From Candidatus Latescibacterota bacterium (GTDB taxonomy: Bacteria > Latescibacterota > UBA2968 > UBA8231): 64,000 bases of DNA. The position numbers were made by a program, and so were the translations under genes. Position 1 is the first letter of the stretch; the number at the start of each line of letters is the position of its first letter. The notes below the pieces were generated by a model that searched no databases, was not told the origin of the DNA, and saw only the letters and a program-made list of their open reading frames with translations. Below, piece after piece: positions 39,986 through 50,342 of the stretch. Location: positions 3,712,001 to 3,776,000 of the forward strand of contig OY730476.1 in NCBI GenBank assembly GCA_963422735.1, given 5' to 3'.

Positions 39986-40010
39986 GGGTGACCACAAGGG
40001 GTGCCCCTAC
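39986..40010 (-). repeat. GTAG-type REP-like palindrome overlapping a stop codon
   Basis: Minus strand GTAGGGGCACCCCTTGTGGTCACCC, between convergent genes. Confidence 0.55.
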
Positions 40011-40885
40011 TCCTTGACGCTCCCCAGCATGATCCCGCGCACGAAGTACTTCTGCACGAATGGATAGACCAAAAGCATCGGTAGGATGGTAACGACCACA
40101 GTCGCCGCCTTGATCGTCTCGGGCGTGAACTCGGTGATGTTCGGATCCACTAGCCCCTGCTCGATAAGCTCGACGCTATTTTCGATGACGATTCGCTGTA
40201 AAAAGGTCTGCAAGACCTGATTCTCGTCCGACGCGATATAGAGCATGGCGTCGAACCAGTGGTTCCAGTGCGCCACCGCCGTCCACAGCCCAATCGTCGC
40301 CAGCACTGGCTTGGAGAGGGGCACGTATATCCTGAAGAGGATATTGAACTCGCTGGCTCCGTCGATCTTGGCAGACTCGGCCAGACTTTCGGGAATGGCT
40401 TGAAAGAAATTCTTGACCACAATGATGTTGAAGGCCGTCAGCATCTGCGGCAGCATCAGCGCCCATATTGAGTCAATCAGGCCTAGGTTTTTGACCTGTA
40501 AGTAGTTGGGTACAATGCCGCCGCTAAAGAGCATGGTGAAAAGCACCAAGAACAGCAGCGGGCTGCGGTGGGGCATTTCGCGCCGCGCCAGCGGATAGGC
40601 CGTCAGACAAGTGAAAAAGAGGGTTAGCGCCGTGCCCAAGACCGTGCGCAGGATCGAGTTGGTGAACCCAGTGACGATCTCGGGGTTGGACAGTACCATG
40701 CGGTACGAGGTCAGCGAAACGTCCCGTGGGTAGAGATGCAGGCTTGCGCGCATGGCCTCGGCGGCGCTGCTCAACGACATCGAAATCGTGTAAACAAAAG
40801 GATAGAGCGCCATCAGCCCGACCAAGCCCAATACCGTCAGGTTAAAGATGTTAAACACTTTCTCGCCTCGCGTGCGGCCTACCAT
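40007..40885 (-). CDS. Carbohydrate ABC permease (LplC-like)
   Basis: FSGGIVP, ESAKIDGA, YPFVQKYF; start MVGRTRGEK. Confidence 0.9.
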   Translation of the reverse strand: MVGRTRGEKVFNIFNLTVLGLVGLMALYPFVYTISMSLSSAAEAMRASLHLYPRDVSLTSYRMVLSNPEIVTGFTNSILRTVLGTALTLFFTCLTAYPLARREMPHRSPLLFLVLFTMLFSGGIVPNYLQVKNLGLIDSIWALMLPQMLTAFNIIVVKNFFQAIPESLAESAKIDGASEFNILFRIYVPLSKPVLATIGLWTAVAHWNHWFDAMLYIASDENQVLQTFLQRIVIENSVELIEQGLVDPNITEFTPETIKAATVVVTILPMLLVYPFVQKYFVRGIMLGSVKE

Positions 40886-41784
40886 ATCCCTTGCTCCCCC
40901 CCGCTGAGCCGCCGGGCTAGCGAGTTGGCCAACACTACCATCAACAAGCCAACCACGGACTTGAAAAGCCCGGCCCCGGTGGCTAGCCCAAAGTCCATCA
41001 GCACAATCCGCCGCAGGACGTAGGTGTCGATAATGTCGGCCGCGTCGTACACCATAGGATTGTACATGTTGTAAATCTGGTCGAAGCCAGCGTTGAGCAC
41101 GTGGCCGAGATTGAGGATGAAAAGCGTGATAATCGTCGGCACCAGCCCCGGGATGGTAATGTGCAAGGTCTGCTTCCAGCGCCCGGCCCCATCGACGACG
41201 GCCGCCTCGTACAGGTCGGGAGAAATCCCGGCCAGTGCCGCCAAGTAAATCACCGCCCCGTAGCCGGCCGCCTGCCATATCCCGGTGGCGATGACCACCG
41301 CGATGAACCAGAAATCGTCGGTGAGGAACTCAATGGCCGAGACGCCGAATAGCTGGGCGATCTGATTGGCCGGTCCGCTCTGCGAGAAAATCATTAGGAA
41401 GATGCCGCCGAGGATGACCCACGAGAGGAAGTAGGGAATATAGGTCACCGTCTGCACGGTGCGCTTGTACCAAGAAACGCGGATCTCATTGAGCATTAGC
41501 GCCAGTGCGATCGGCGAGAAAAAGCCAAACAGCAAGCGCAAGACGCTTATGGTAACCGTGTTGCGCAGGGCATTGGAAAAGTCGGCCCCGCCGAAGAGGC
41601 GGGAGAAATTCTCCAACCCGCTCCACTCGCTGCCTAAAATGCCGGCGCTCAGGCGGAACTCCTTAAAGGCGAGCACCAGCCCGAACATCGGCAAGTAATT
41701 GAAGACGAGGAAAAAGGCCAGCCCCGGTGCCACCAGCAGCAACAGGCCTTGGTGCCGGCGGTACTACGTCAGTACTTTGCTCAT
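40879..41784 (-). pseudogene. Carbohydrate ABC permease (LplB-like) with in-frame TAG at codon 7
   Basis: MSKVLT*YRRHQGLLLLVAPG, YLPMFG, LYEAAVVDGA; could reinitiate at a downstream TTG. Confidence 0.65.
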
Positions 41785-41963
41785 ATATCCACTCAACTTA
41801 TAGCCTCGCCCTGTCTATGCCGCCTAGCGATGCTTCGACGTTACGTTGCTCAGCACGACCAGTGCTGGCAGTCTGCTTCCCGGTCATGCTGAGCGGATCC
41901 CAACGGAGTCGGAGCATCTGCCATACCTAAATTAGAATTAGGTAGTATCCGTGCGTAACGTAG

Positions 41964-42668
41964 ATGTACTATCGCTTCTTTGTCGCTTTGCGCTTCACGC
42001 TCTTTGAGACGGCCATGATAGTCGTTGGCTACACCTCGATGTCGCTGGTTTTGGCCGTGCTTCTAGACCGCATGAAGGTCATGCGCGGCCTAGTGCGCGG
42101 ACTGTTTTTCTACCCTTTTATCCTCAGCATCCTCGTCAGCGCCCTGCTCTTTCAATATCTGGCCAACTATCGCACGGGTGCCATAAACACCCTCCTGCGC
42201 GCCTTTGGTTTCGACGCTCTAGCCCAAGACTGGATGGGAGACCCGGCGCTGGTACCCTACTTCATCCTCGCCTTGGTTCTCTGGCACGGCCTCGGCTTCT
42301 ACACCACCATCTTCCTCGCCGGGCTACAGACCATCCCCGGGGAACTATACGAAGCGGCGCAGATCGACGGGGCCGGTCCTTTGGTGACCTTCTACCGCGT
42401 CCAAGTCCCGGTGCTCATGCCGATGATTAAGACTAACTCGGTCATCGCCCTAATCACCGGCATTAACCTCTTCCCGCAGATCTTGGTCACCACTCAAGGC
42501 GGCCCCGGCTACCGCACGTTTACTGCCGGCTACTACATCTACTGGCTCGGCACGGAAAACGACCGCCAAGGCTATGCTTCGGCCATTGCTTTTGTCGTCT
42601 TCGCCTTCTTGGTCTTGGTCGCCGCCCTGCAAGTCGCCTTCTTCCAGCGCCGCGAGACCGACCTGTGA
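41964..42668 (+). pseudogene. 5'-truncated CUT1 ABC permease
   Basis: LYEAAQIDGA, GYASA; lacks the first TM helix and an RBS. Confidence 0.65.
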
Positions 42669-43483
42669 AGCGTCGCCGGCCTCTCTTCGAGATTGGTATG
42701 CTGCTCTTAGGGCTGCTCTACGTGTCGCCCTGTTTGCTGGTACTGCTCAATTCCTTCAAGACTCTGCCGGAAATCGTCCGCTCTCCTGTGTCGCTCCCCG
42801 AGGCGCCGACCCTCGAAAACTACCACTACATCTTCACCGGCATCAAGCTCGCCGCGCCGATGTTCAACAGCCTGCTGATGTGCGCCGCTGTCATCGCCAC
42901 GCTCACCGTCGTCTCCTCCATGGCCGCGTACTCCCTCACGCGCCGCCGCATGCGCACGGGCGGCTTCTGGCGCATCTTCTTCCTCGCCGGGATCACCGTG
43001 CCGTTCCAGATTCTCATGCTGCCGCTTTTGCGCCAGTTCAACTACCTCGGCATCGGCTACACGTACTTTGCCCTCTGGCTGCACTACGTGTCCTACGGCC
43101 TGCCATTGTGCCTGTTCATCTACAGCGGCTTCATGCGCTCTATCCCCCGCGACCTCGAAGAAGCCGCCCTGATTGATGGCTGTACGCCCGTGGGCACCTT
43201 CTGGCGCGTGATCTTCCCGCTTTTGACCCCTTGCACGGTGACGATCATTATCTTTTAGGGCCTTTTTACCTGGAACGACTTTCCCCACGCATTCATCCTC
43301 ATGGGCACCAACAAGGGCGAGCTGGCCTTTGTGCAGCTATGGCGCTTTCTCTCGGACAAGTACGTCAAGAACTGGAACTACATCTTCGCCGGCGTCGTGG
43401 TCTTGTCGCTGCCCGTCACTGTACTCTATCTTGCCATGCAGCGCCGCTTCGTCAAAGGCCTAACCGCTGGTTCCATTCGCTGA
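42665..43483 (+). pseudogene. CUT1 ABC permease with nonsense TAG at 43256-43258
   Basis: IIIF*GLFTWNDF continues in frame to QRRFVKGLTAGSIR*. Confidence 0.85.
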
Positions 43484-43488
43484 GCCCC

Positions 43489-44779
43489 ATGCCCCTTGCC
43501 CAATTCGCAACCTTTGCCCTTGCCGCCCTCCTCGCTTTTGGAGCCTGCGCCGGCGAGGAAGACGCCCGCGTCGTGCGGGTTACCCGCAATATCGGCGGCC
43601 GACCCGGCTTCGAGGTCCACTGGGACCTCTGGAAAGCCACCTTTGAGCGCCAGAACCCCGGCTGGACGCTGGAGTTGATCGACTTGGGCAACGAAGACGC
43701 CGGCGCATACTACCGCCGCGCCATTGCCACCGGCGACTTGCCCCACGTGGTAATGACCCTCGACTACACCAAATTCCTAGCCAATGGCGGCCATCTGCTC
43801 CCCATTCCGCGTACCCTCTACGACCGCGTGGGCCAAAACTTGCCGCCGTTGCACAGCGGCCAGCACTACACGGCCCAAGTCGGTCGCCAAATCACCGGCA
43901 TCGCCGTCAACAAGCGCATCTGGGCCGAGGTCGGCATTACCGAGCCGCCGCAGACCTGGGATGCCTTTATCGATGCCTTGCACAAGCTAAAAGCCGCTGG
44001 TTACAAGCCCCTCGTCTATGGGGGCCGCGAGTGGTCGGCCGGGGTGCCCCTCTCCTACGCGATCCAGACCAACCTCTACGACCCGACCCGCAAAGCCGCC
44101 GCGCCTTCTTGGACTGTGCGTCGCGATCTCGGCGAAATCACCTTTGCCACTGACCCGCTGATGCACCCTATCATGGCAAACATGATCGCGCTACTGGATA
44201 ACTTCGTCGAGAAGGGCTCGCTGAGCGACGGGTACAACGAAGAGCAGCGCGACTTCTTCAACGAGCACGCCGCCACTTGGATGATGGGCTGCTGGATGAG
44301 CGGCGACGTCGAGCCGCTAAAGGTTTGAGTACTGGCCCATTCCCTCTATGACCGGCCACAAGCCCCTCTTCATCAACACCTCCAACCAGCAGCGAGGGTG
44401 GGCCATGACCTCCAGTGCCCAAGGCACCTACTACGACAAAGCCCTCGCCGTGCTCAACTCCTACTACCACCCAGAGGTCTATCAAGCGTATCTCAACGCC
44501 GAGGGCATGCTGCTCAACGCCACCCAAATCGAAGGCGTCGATGGTCCCAAAAGCACCTATGGACCGACCCAACGCCTCTTCGAGCGCATGCGCACCAACC
44601 TCGACTACTGGGGCTGGACGCCCGGCTACTTCATCTCGATTGAGGACTATCCCCCCACCGGCTTCGTCCTCACCTTGGCCCGCATTATGCAGGAGATCCA
44701 AGCCGGCAACCGCGATATTGACGCGCTGCTCAAAATGCTCGACGACGATTGGGAGGCCGGGCGCAAGGGTAATAAGTGA
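43489..44779 (+). pseudogene. ABC substrate-binding lipoprotein, frameshifted near 44325
   Basis: Lipobox FGAC, PPQTWDAF; continues as FEYWPIPSMTG in another frame. Confidence 0.8.
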
Positions 44780-46677
44780 TGATGCGCCCCGCCCTCGAGT
44801 GGACGCTGGCCATGATGCTGTGCGTCGGCCACAACTTCATCGGGGTGCGCAGCTACATATTGCTCGACCACTACTCGGGCTATGCCGACCACTCCAACAC
44901 CGTCGGCGTCATTTTCGCCCTGTTCTGGGTCGCGCTTACCGCCTTGCTGCTCGCGCTTATGCGACCTTTCCTGCGGCTGCCGACTTCGACTTTTGCCCTC
45001 ATCTACGCCGCGCTGATGGTGGCCACGATCATGCCGACCATGGGCTTTGGCGGCTATTTTATCCCCCTGCTCGCCGGCGTCTTCTACTACGCCACCCCGG
45101 AAAACAACTGGCGCGAACTGCTCTGGGACCACATCCCCGACTGGGCCGCCCCGCGCGATTTGGAGATGATCCGCAACCTCTTCGAGGGTGCTCCAGAAGG
45201 TGCGCCGCTGCCTTGGGAGGCTTGGCTCGGCCCTTGCATTTTCTGGGGCCTGTTCATGGTCGCCTTCTTCTTGGTCAGCTTCTCACTTATTGCCCTGCTT
45301 CACCACCAGTGGGCCCGCGGCGAGCGTTTGGTATATCCTTTGGCCGTAGTGCCGACGGCGATGGTCGAAAGCGTGGAAAACCCGGCCAAAAGCCTCTTTA
45401 AGAACCCGCTCTTATGGGTCGGATTTTTCATCGCCTCGATCATCCCGACCGTCAACATGCTCGACCAGGTGTTCGACTTTGAGACCATTAACAACTTCGG
45501 CATCCCCTCCACGCGCATCTTTTTGCGCCGCATCGGCATTTCCTATGGGATCAACGTCAACTTCCTAATCGTCGGCCTAGGCTACCTGCTCAACCTCAAT
45601 GTGCTCTTGAGCGTCTGGCTCTTCCACATCCTCGTCTATCTCGAACACGGCCTGTTGAGCTTTTTCGGGGTTGCCGTCAACCTCCCTGCCCAGCCACACC
45701 AGCAGGTCTCGGTACTGATGTCGCATCAGCAGATGGGGGCGCTCATCTTCCTGATCGTCTCTTCGCTGTGGATGTCGCGCGACTTTCTCAAGGACCAGTG
45801 GCGCGCTATCGCCAGCGGCGCAAGAGGCCCGGACTCGCACCTGCCCTCGCCGCGCACCTCGGCGTTGATGGGGGTCGTCGGGCTAGGCTATATGGCGTAC
45901 TTCCTCCACGCCACCGGCCTTTCCCTCGGCTGGAGTTTGGCCTTTCTGCTGGTCGCGCTATTGGTATTCTTGGGCACTGCGCGCTTGCTGGTACAAACCG
46001 GCTTGGGGCGGCTGCGCGCCCCCCATTCCATCCCGCCACTTTTTACCAATATCTTCGGCACGGCCTATTTCGGCGATAAGGGACTTACCGCTATGGGGCT
46101 TAACATGGTCTGGGCCGCGGACGTACAACTTTTCTTCATGGGCACGATGGCCCACGCCTTCAAGGTCTGCGAGGAGGTCAAGGAAAAGATCAGTGCCCGC
46201 AAGCTGCTGTTCTTCCTCGCCTCCGCCCTCGTCGTCAGCGCAATCACCACCGTCGCGGTCTATATATGGCTGGGCTATCAGCACGGCATGATGCACGGCT
46301 TCCGCTGGTACTACATCACCTCGCCGCTGAGCAAGTGGGGCTGGGTCGCCAAAACGGTCAACAACCCGCACCCGCCCCAGCACCTTACAACCCTGTTCAC
46401 TGGCATCGGTGCTGGGCTCGCCGGACTGCTTTCCTTCGCTCAGCACCGCCTAGCCGGCTGGCCCCTGCACCCGGTGGGGCTAGCTGTGGCCCTGACCAAT
46501 ACCGTGCGCGGCGACTGGTTTGGGATGTTTCTCGCCTGGCTTGTTAAGTCGATTCTGATTAGCTACGGGGGGGTCATTTTATACAGAAAAGTGCGGCCGC
46601 TCTTTCTGGGATTTATCATGGGAGCTTGCGTCGGCGTGGGCGGGGCGTCGTTGGTCTATTCGTTTTACTACTTCTAA
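44776..46677 (+). CDS. DUF6785/DUF6784-like polytopic membrane protein
   Basis: YYATPENNW, QWARGERLVYP, WPLHPVG; paralog of 37102-39042. Confidence 0.7.
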   Translation: MMMRPALEWTLAMMLCVGHNFIGVRSYILLDHYSGYADHSNTVGVIFALFWVALTALLLALMRPFLRLPTSTFALIYAALMVATIMPTMGFGGYFIPLLAGVFYYATPENNWRELLWDHIPDWAAPRDLEMIRNLFEGAPEGAPLPWEAWLGPCIFWGLFMVAFFLVSFSLIALLHHQWARGERLVYPLAVVPTAMVESVENPAKSLFKNPLLWVGFFIASIIPTVNMLDQVFDFETINNFGIPSTRIFLRRIGISYGINVNFLIVGLGYLLNLNVLLSVWLFHILVYLEHGLLSFFGVAVNLPAQPHQQVSVLMSHQQMGALIFLIVSSLWMSRDFLKDQWRAIASGARGPDSHLPSPRTSALMGVVGLGYMAYFLHATGLSLGWSLAFLLVALLVFLGTARLLVQTGLGRLRAPHSIPPLFTNIFGTAYFGDKGLTAMGLNMVWAADVQLFFMGTMAHAFKVCEEVKEKISARKLLFFLASALVVSAITTVAVYIWLGYQHGMMHGFRWYYITSPLSKWGWVAKTVNNPHPPQHLTTLFTGIGAGLAGLLSFAQHRLAGWPLHPVGLAVALTNTVRGDWFGMFLAWLVKSILISYGGVILYRKVRPLFLGFIMGACVGVGGASLVYSFYYF

Positions 46678-46868
46678 CCGCGCACCTGCTTGACTCTGCC
46701 GACTTCGCCGGTCTCCAAACGCACCTTAATCCCGTGTGGATGCGTCGCCGACTTGGTCAGAATATCCTGCACGACGCCCTCGGTTAGCCGACCGGTGCGC
46801 TGATCCCGCTTCTGCACGATGGCTACCTGCGCTCCACGCGCTATATCGGCCCGTCTCGTTCCGTTCAT
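46674..46868 (-). CDS. ywbE: YwbE family protein
   Basis: KRDQRTGRLTEGVVQDILTKS..HPHGIKVRLETGEVGRV. Confidence 0.85.
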   Translation of the reverse strand: MNGTRRADIARGAQVAIVQKRDQRTGRLTEGVVQDILTKSATHPHGIKVRLETGEVGRVKQVRG

Positions 46869-46872
46869 CTAA

Positions 46873-47290
46873 GGTCGTGGATCCCAAGTCTTTGAGACTT
46901 GGGATATGAGAGTGACTTTAGCCGTTGTCCAAAGGATTCCACTAGGGAATCCGACGACGACCAGGCATAGGAAGAATTAATTGGATAGTGTTTAATATCC
47001 GAGGTACCGTTCTTGTTACCCTTCGGTATCGCCAACAGAGCTCACCGAGCAGCCTGCTCAGGCAAAAGGCACTCTCGCCCGAGAGGAAACAGTTTAAGCC
47101 GCACACAGCACGGTCGCATGTCCTGCCGATAGCACTGAACGCAGGGTGTCGAGTTGGACTGTGTAGTCCGACGAGGTAGCGTCTGTCCTTCCGCGGGGGC
47201 GGGTTCGTCGCCCGTTGTAAGCAGGCTGAAAGTCTCGCCGAGCACCGTCTTGGTGCATCCGAATGCCGTTGTTGTAGTGCAGTGCTTGCA
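46873..47290 (+). ncRNA. Orphan omegaRNA/HEARO-like structured RNA (IS200/605-IscB-derived), no nuclease ORF
   Basis: GGTCGT/ACGACC(AG) closing stem, 10-bp end hairpin, CGTTC/GAACG pair, CCAAC loop complementary to GTTGG after TGTCGA; 3' end uncertain. Confidence 0.6.
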
Positions 47291-47320
47291 TTAGAGCGGT
47301 TGGGAGAAGGCTTGGGTGGC

Positions 47321-49138
47321 TTACACCCGATCCAACCACACCGGACTCAGCCACGCCCGATGCCCGTCCTGTTGCCGCAGCCGTAGATAGTAATAGGCCC
47401 ACGCGCCCGCTGGTGCTGGCAATTCGGCCCCGTCGATTTCCACATCCCAAGCGTTGGGCTCGTCCTGCCAGATGCACTGCCCGTTTGCAATGATCTCCAC
47501 TCGTTCAATCGGCGCGGTTCCGTGCAGACTGGCGGAGAAATGTACCTTTTCGCCCTCGGCCAACGCGCCCTCCGCTCCCGAGCGCACGCAGTTGACCGCG
47601 TAATCGCAGACAATCGGCACGCCCGAAGTCGCGTAGGTCCAACGCTCGTCCATCGCCTGCCACACGGCCTCGCGGGTCAATTCCGTCGCCCGGAAACAGG
47701 TCATCCCCACATAGCCTCCCGGGTTTTGCGTCGGATGCCCCTCGTGGTTGTCGGTCCCGGCGACAAATCCCAAGCGCCAGCCTTGGGCAAAAGCATCCCG
47801 CACCGCAGCACCCAACCCGCCTATGCGAATACCCCAGTACTCGTCGAGCGCGTCGGCCTCAAAATTGCCCCGCCCCTGGACGATTTCCACTAACCTAGCT
47901 CGCTTGTTGGGGAACTCCCAGTGGTATTGCGACCAATAAAACGTCTTGCCCATGACCTCGCGGTGCTTGCCGTATTCAATGGGCTGTCCGCAGTTGGGAT
48001 GGTGCGGCACCATGACCACATCCTCATCCCAAGGCACTTCCGAGGGGCAAAGCTCCGGTTTCCAGTGCCAAGTGCCGCCATCGACTTCCGGCGTACGCAG
48101 ATAGAGGTTGGCGTGCCCATAGGCATTGGAGCTTTCCCACGCGGGGATCGTCACAAAGCGACCCGGCTCGTAAAATTCTTCGTTGACCGCCAAGCATTCG
48201 GCCCATCCGGGGCCGATCGGCGCGTGGTCGGTCATCGCGACCACGTCGAGGTTGAGAAAGTCGCGGGCATAGGCGTATGCCGCGCGCGGTTCGCGGTCGC
48301 CGTCCACCGAAAGCCTCGTGTGGAAGTGGATGCCACCAAAGTAGTGGCCGCGCTCGCCGATGGCCTGCGCCGGACCACTCTGAGCTTCTAAGCCGCGTTC
48401 TACATCGCGCACTGCAATGCGGACCGGACCGTCGGCCTGTACTTCAATGCCCTCGACTACGCCGCGCCCATCGGCACCAATTGCGACCTCGGCAGGTAGC
48501 CCGGCGACCGCGTCGTCGGCCTGCAAAGTCACCGCCCCCCGATACGAGGGGATTGGATTGAGATGATCGTCCGTCGCGAAAATCACAACCCTACGCTTTC
48601 CCTGCGCGTCCGCTGTCGCGGAAATACGCCCTTCCAGCCGCGTTAGGGGACCGGGGGCATTGTGCAGCGGAATCGGGTCGCCCACCTTTTCGAAAACTTC
48701 AGCTTCGGGTCGCCGCACCCGCACTTGCAGAGCACCGCTTATGTCCGCATGTGGCGACGGCACCACGCCAAAGGGAAAGACCAGCCGCGCTCCCTCGCTT
48801 AGCGGCTTAGTGACTTGGATGGTACACAAGTAGAGTTCGTTGATCGGCCGCCCCACCAATCCGCCGCCGGCCGGACCGTCGCCGCCCCGCGTCATATCGG
48901 TCCAGTCGCGCGCCAACCCATGCCCAATCACCACCACACCCTCGCCGCCTTCGACAAAAGGGTCTGCAAGCGTCCACTGGCGAGAGTAGGAATGAAACGT
49001 GCTGATCGAAACGCGCACATCGGCACCAGCTTCAAGGCCCGCCGGACAAGTGACAAACAGCCGCAAGGGCTTGCGCTGCTGATCCGTGGCGATGAATTCC
49101 GTCTGTCCCTCGTAGTGTATTTCTAATTGCTCGTACAT
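47321..49138 (-). CDS. PHP-like metallohydrolase (DUF3604/CehA-McbA type)
   Basis: GIHFHT.LS.DG, TDH, GH.N, PHH, GTDNH, YYYLRLRQQDGHRAWLSP. Confidence 0.75.
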   Translation of the reverse strand: MYEQLEIHYEGQTEFIATDQQRKPLRLFVTCPAGLEAGADVRVSISTFHSYSRQWTLADPFVEGGEGVVVIGHGLARDWTDMTRGGDGPAGGGLVGRPINELYLCTIQVTKPLSEGARLVFPFGVVPSPHADISGALQVRVRRPEAEVFEKVGDPIPLHNAPGPLTRLEGRISATADAQGKRRVVIFATDDHLNPIPSYRGAVTLQADDAVAGLPAEVAIGADGRGVVEGIEVQADGPVRIAVRDVERGLEAQSGPAQAIGERGHYFGGIHFHTRLSVDGDREPRAAYAYARDFLNLDVVAMTDHAPIGPGWAECLAVNEEFYEPGRFVTIPAWESSNAYGHANLYLRTPEVDGGTWHWKPELCPSEVPWDEDVVMVPHHPNCGQPIEYGKHREVMGKTFYWSQYHWEFPNKRARLVEIVQGRGNFEADALDEYWGIRIGGLGAAVRDAFAQGWRLGFVAGTDNHEGHPTQNPGGYVGMTCFRATELTREAVWQAMDERWTYATSGVPIVCDYAVNCVRSGAEGALAEGEKVHFSASLHGTAPIERVEIIANGQCIWQDEPNAWDVEIDGAELPAPAGAWAYYYLRLRQQDGHRAWLSPVWLDRV

Positions 49139-49169
49139 ATCGTCTCCTCGATTCTTGTCTTCATTCTAC

Positions 49170-49862
49170 TCAAGATACCATGCGCTCAAGTTGATGGAAC
49201 AGATCGTCAATTTTGTCGATGGAGTTTAATTCTGGTGTGGCATTCCATTCGATCTCCCGCGAATAGTACCACCGGGCCTGTACAGGCCGCATACCCACTG
49301 CTGCAGCACTCTGGAGTTCGTCAAATCCTCCATCTCCAACGAACACAGTTTTAGTTGGCGAAATGCCGAGACGCTCGCACGCCAGGTTGTAAATTTCAGG
49401 ATCGGGCTTCATACAGCCTATTCGACATGAAAAAACAGCATCATCTACTACATCGCGGAGCAGACACTCTGGCCAACTAGCGACCTCGTCTGGAGTAGCA
49501 TTGCTAACAATGCCGATCGTCCATCCATTTGAACGAAGCTGCGAAAGTACTTGCAGCATTGCAACGTCCACGCCAAGCAAGTATTCCCGCTTACGCTTCA
49601 GTCGATCGCGGCTGATTTCTTCGATTGTCGTACTTTCAACTGAGGCTCCCAACGAGCCGCACAGCTCCGACAACATTTCCTGATAGGTATCAAACTTACC
49701 TGTCATCCGTTCTCTAGCGCAATCTCTCCACCACGCTCGCACATCATCCAAATTCAACCCCAGTTTATCGACAAACGACTGTTCAGTAGGGCGATTTGAA
49801 TATTTCTGTGTCACGAGTGTTTCAAACAAATCGAATATCACCGCTTTCATAAGCTTCAGCAC
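49170..49862 (-). CDS. HAD-family hydrolase
   Basis: IFDLFETL, VSN, KPDPEIY, FVGD; AT-richer than neighbours; start may be the ATG at 49850. Confidence 0.85.
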   Translation of the reverse strand: MLKLMKAVIFDLFETLVTQKYSNRPTEQSFVDKLGLNLDDVRAWWRDCARERMTGKFDTYQEMLSELCGSLGASVESTTIEEISRDRLKRKREYLLGVDVAMLQVLSQLRSNGWTIGIVSNATPDEVASWPECLLRDVVDDAVFSCRIGCMKPDPEIYNLACERLGISPTKTVFVGDGGFDELQSAAAVGMRPVQARWYYSREIEWNATPELNSIDKIDDLFHQLERMVS

Positions 49863-49865
49863 TCT

Positions 49866-50314
49866 CTATACAAACTTCTGAACATGTACCGTGAAAGGAA
49901 GTGTCGTGTACGATTGAAACAAAACTCGTTCATCAAATGACAAAAGCTACTGAAGCCTTCGGCTGTAAACAGGGTGATCTATCATCTTACCGGCCTCAGT
50001 CTTTGGACCCATGCAACATCGAGTGTCTCTTCTCCTATCCGGGCGTCCCCAGACAACCAAGAACCAAGGAAATCGAATATCACGCGATGATTACTGAGGT
50101 TGCTATATACGCCGACAAGTTGATCCGCCGAAGCGACGATGTTGGCCTCTTCTTTGACCTCGCGAATGACCCCATCGAGGACGGACTCATCTTCCTCGAT
50201 TTGGCCGCTTGGAAACTCCCATCCCCTTCGTTCTGTTCTAACCAGTAACACCTCGTCTCCCCGTTCCACGAGCATTCCAGCAGCAACGATATGTTTTGGC
50301 GAACTCGAGTTTAT
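49866..50314 (-). pseudogene. NUDIX hydrolase pseudogene
   Basis: SPKHIVAAG, WEFPSGQIEEDE..REVKEE; ATA at the likely start, frameshift and internal TAG in the C-terminus. Confidence 0.7.
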
Positions 50315-50342
50315 ATGTCGCTTTCAGGGTGAACCTGCATTA

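Noticed and set aside
32878-41278. ORF-track N-terminal extensions (32878, 34334, 35497, 41278; also 43231, 62523)
   Set aside because: They overlap upstream genes; downstream starts with coupling or RBS match the family N-termini
41764-43258. Two in-frame TAGs in permeases suggesting amber recoding
   Set aside because: TAG terminates many intact genes here (e.g. those ending at 396, 4492, 29072, 35308), and the neighbours carry a frameshift and a truncation; ordinary decay fits better
46873-47290. Group II intron, tRNA or protein-coding interpretation of the structured region
   Set aside because: No GTGCG start or domain V, no cloverleaf, and the short ORFs lack recognisable motifs
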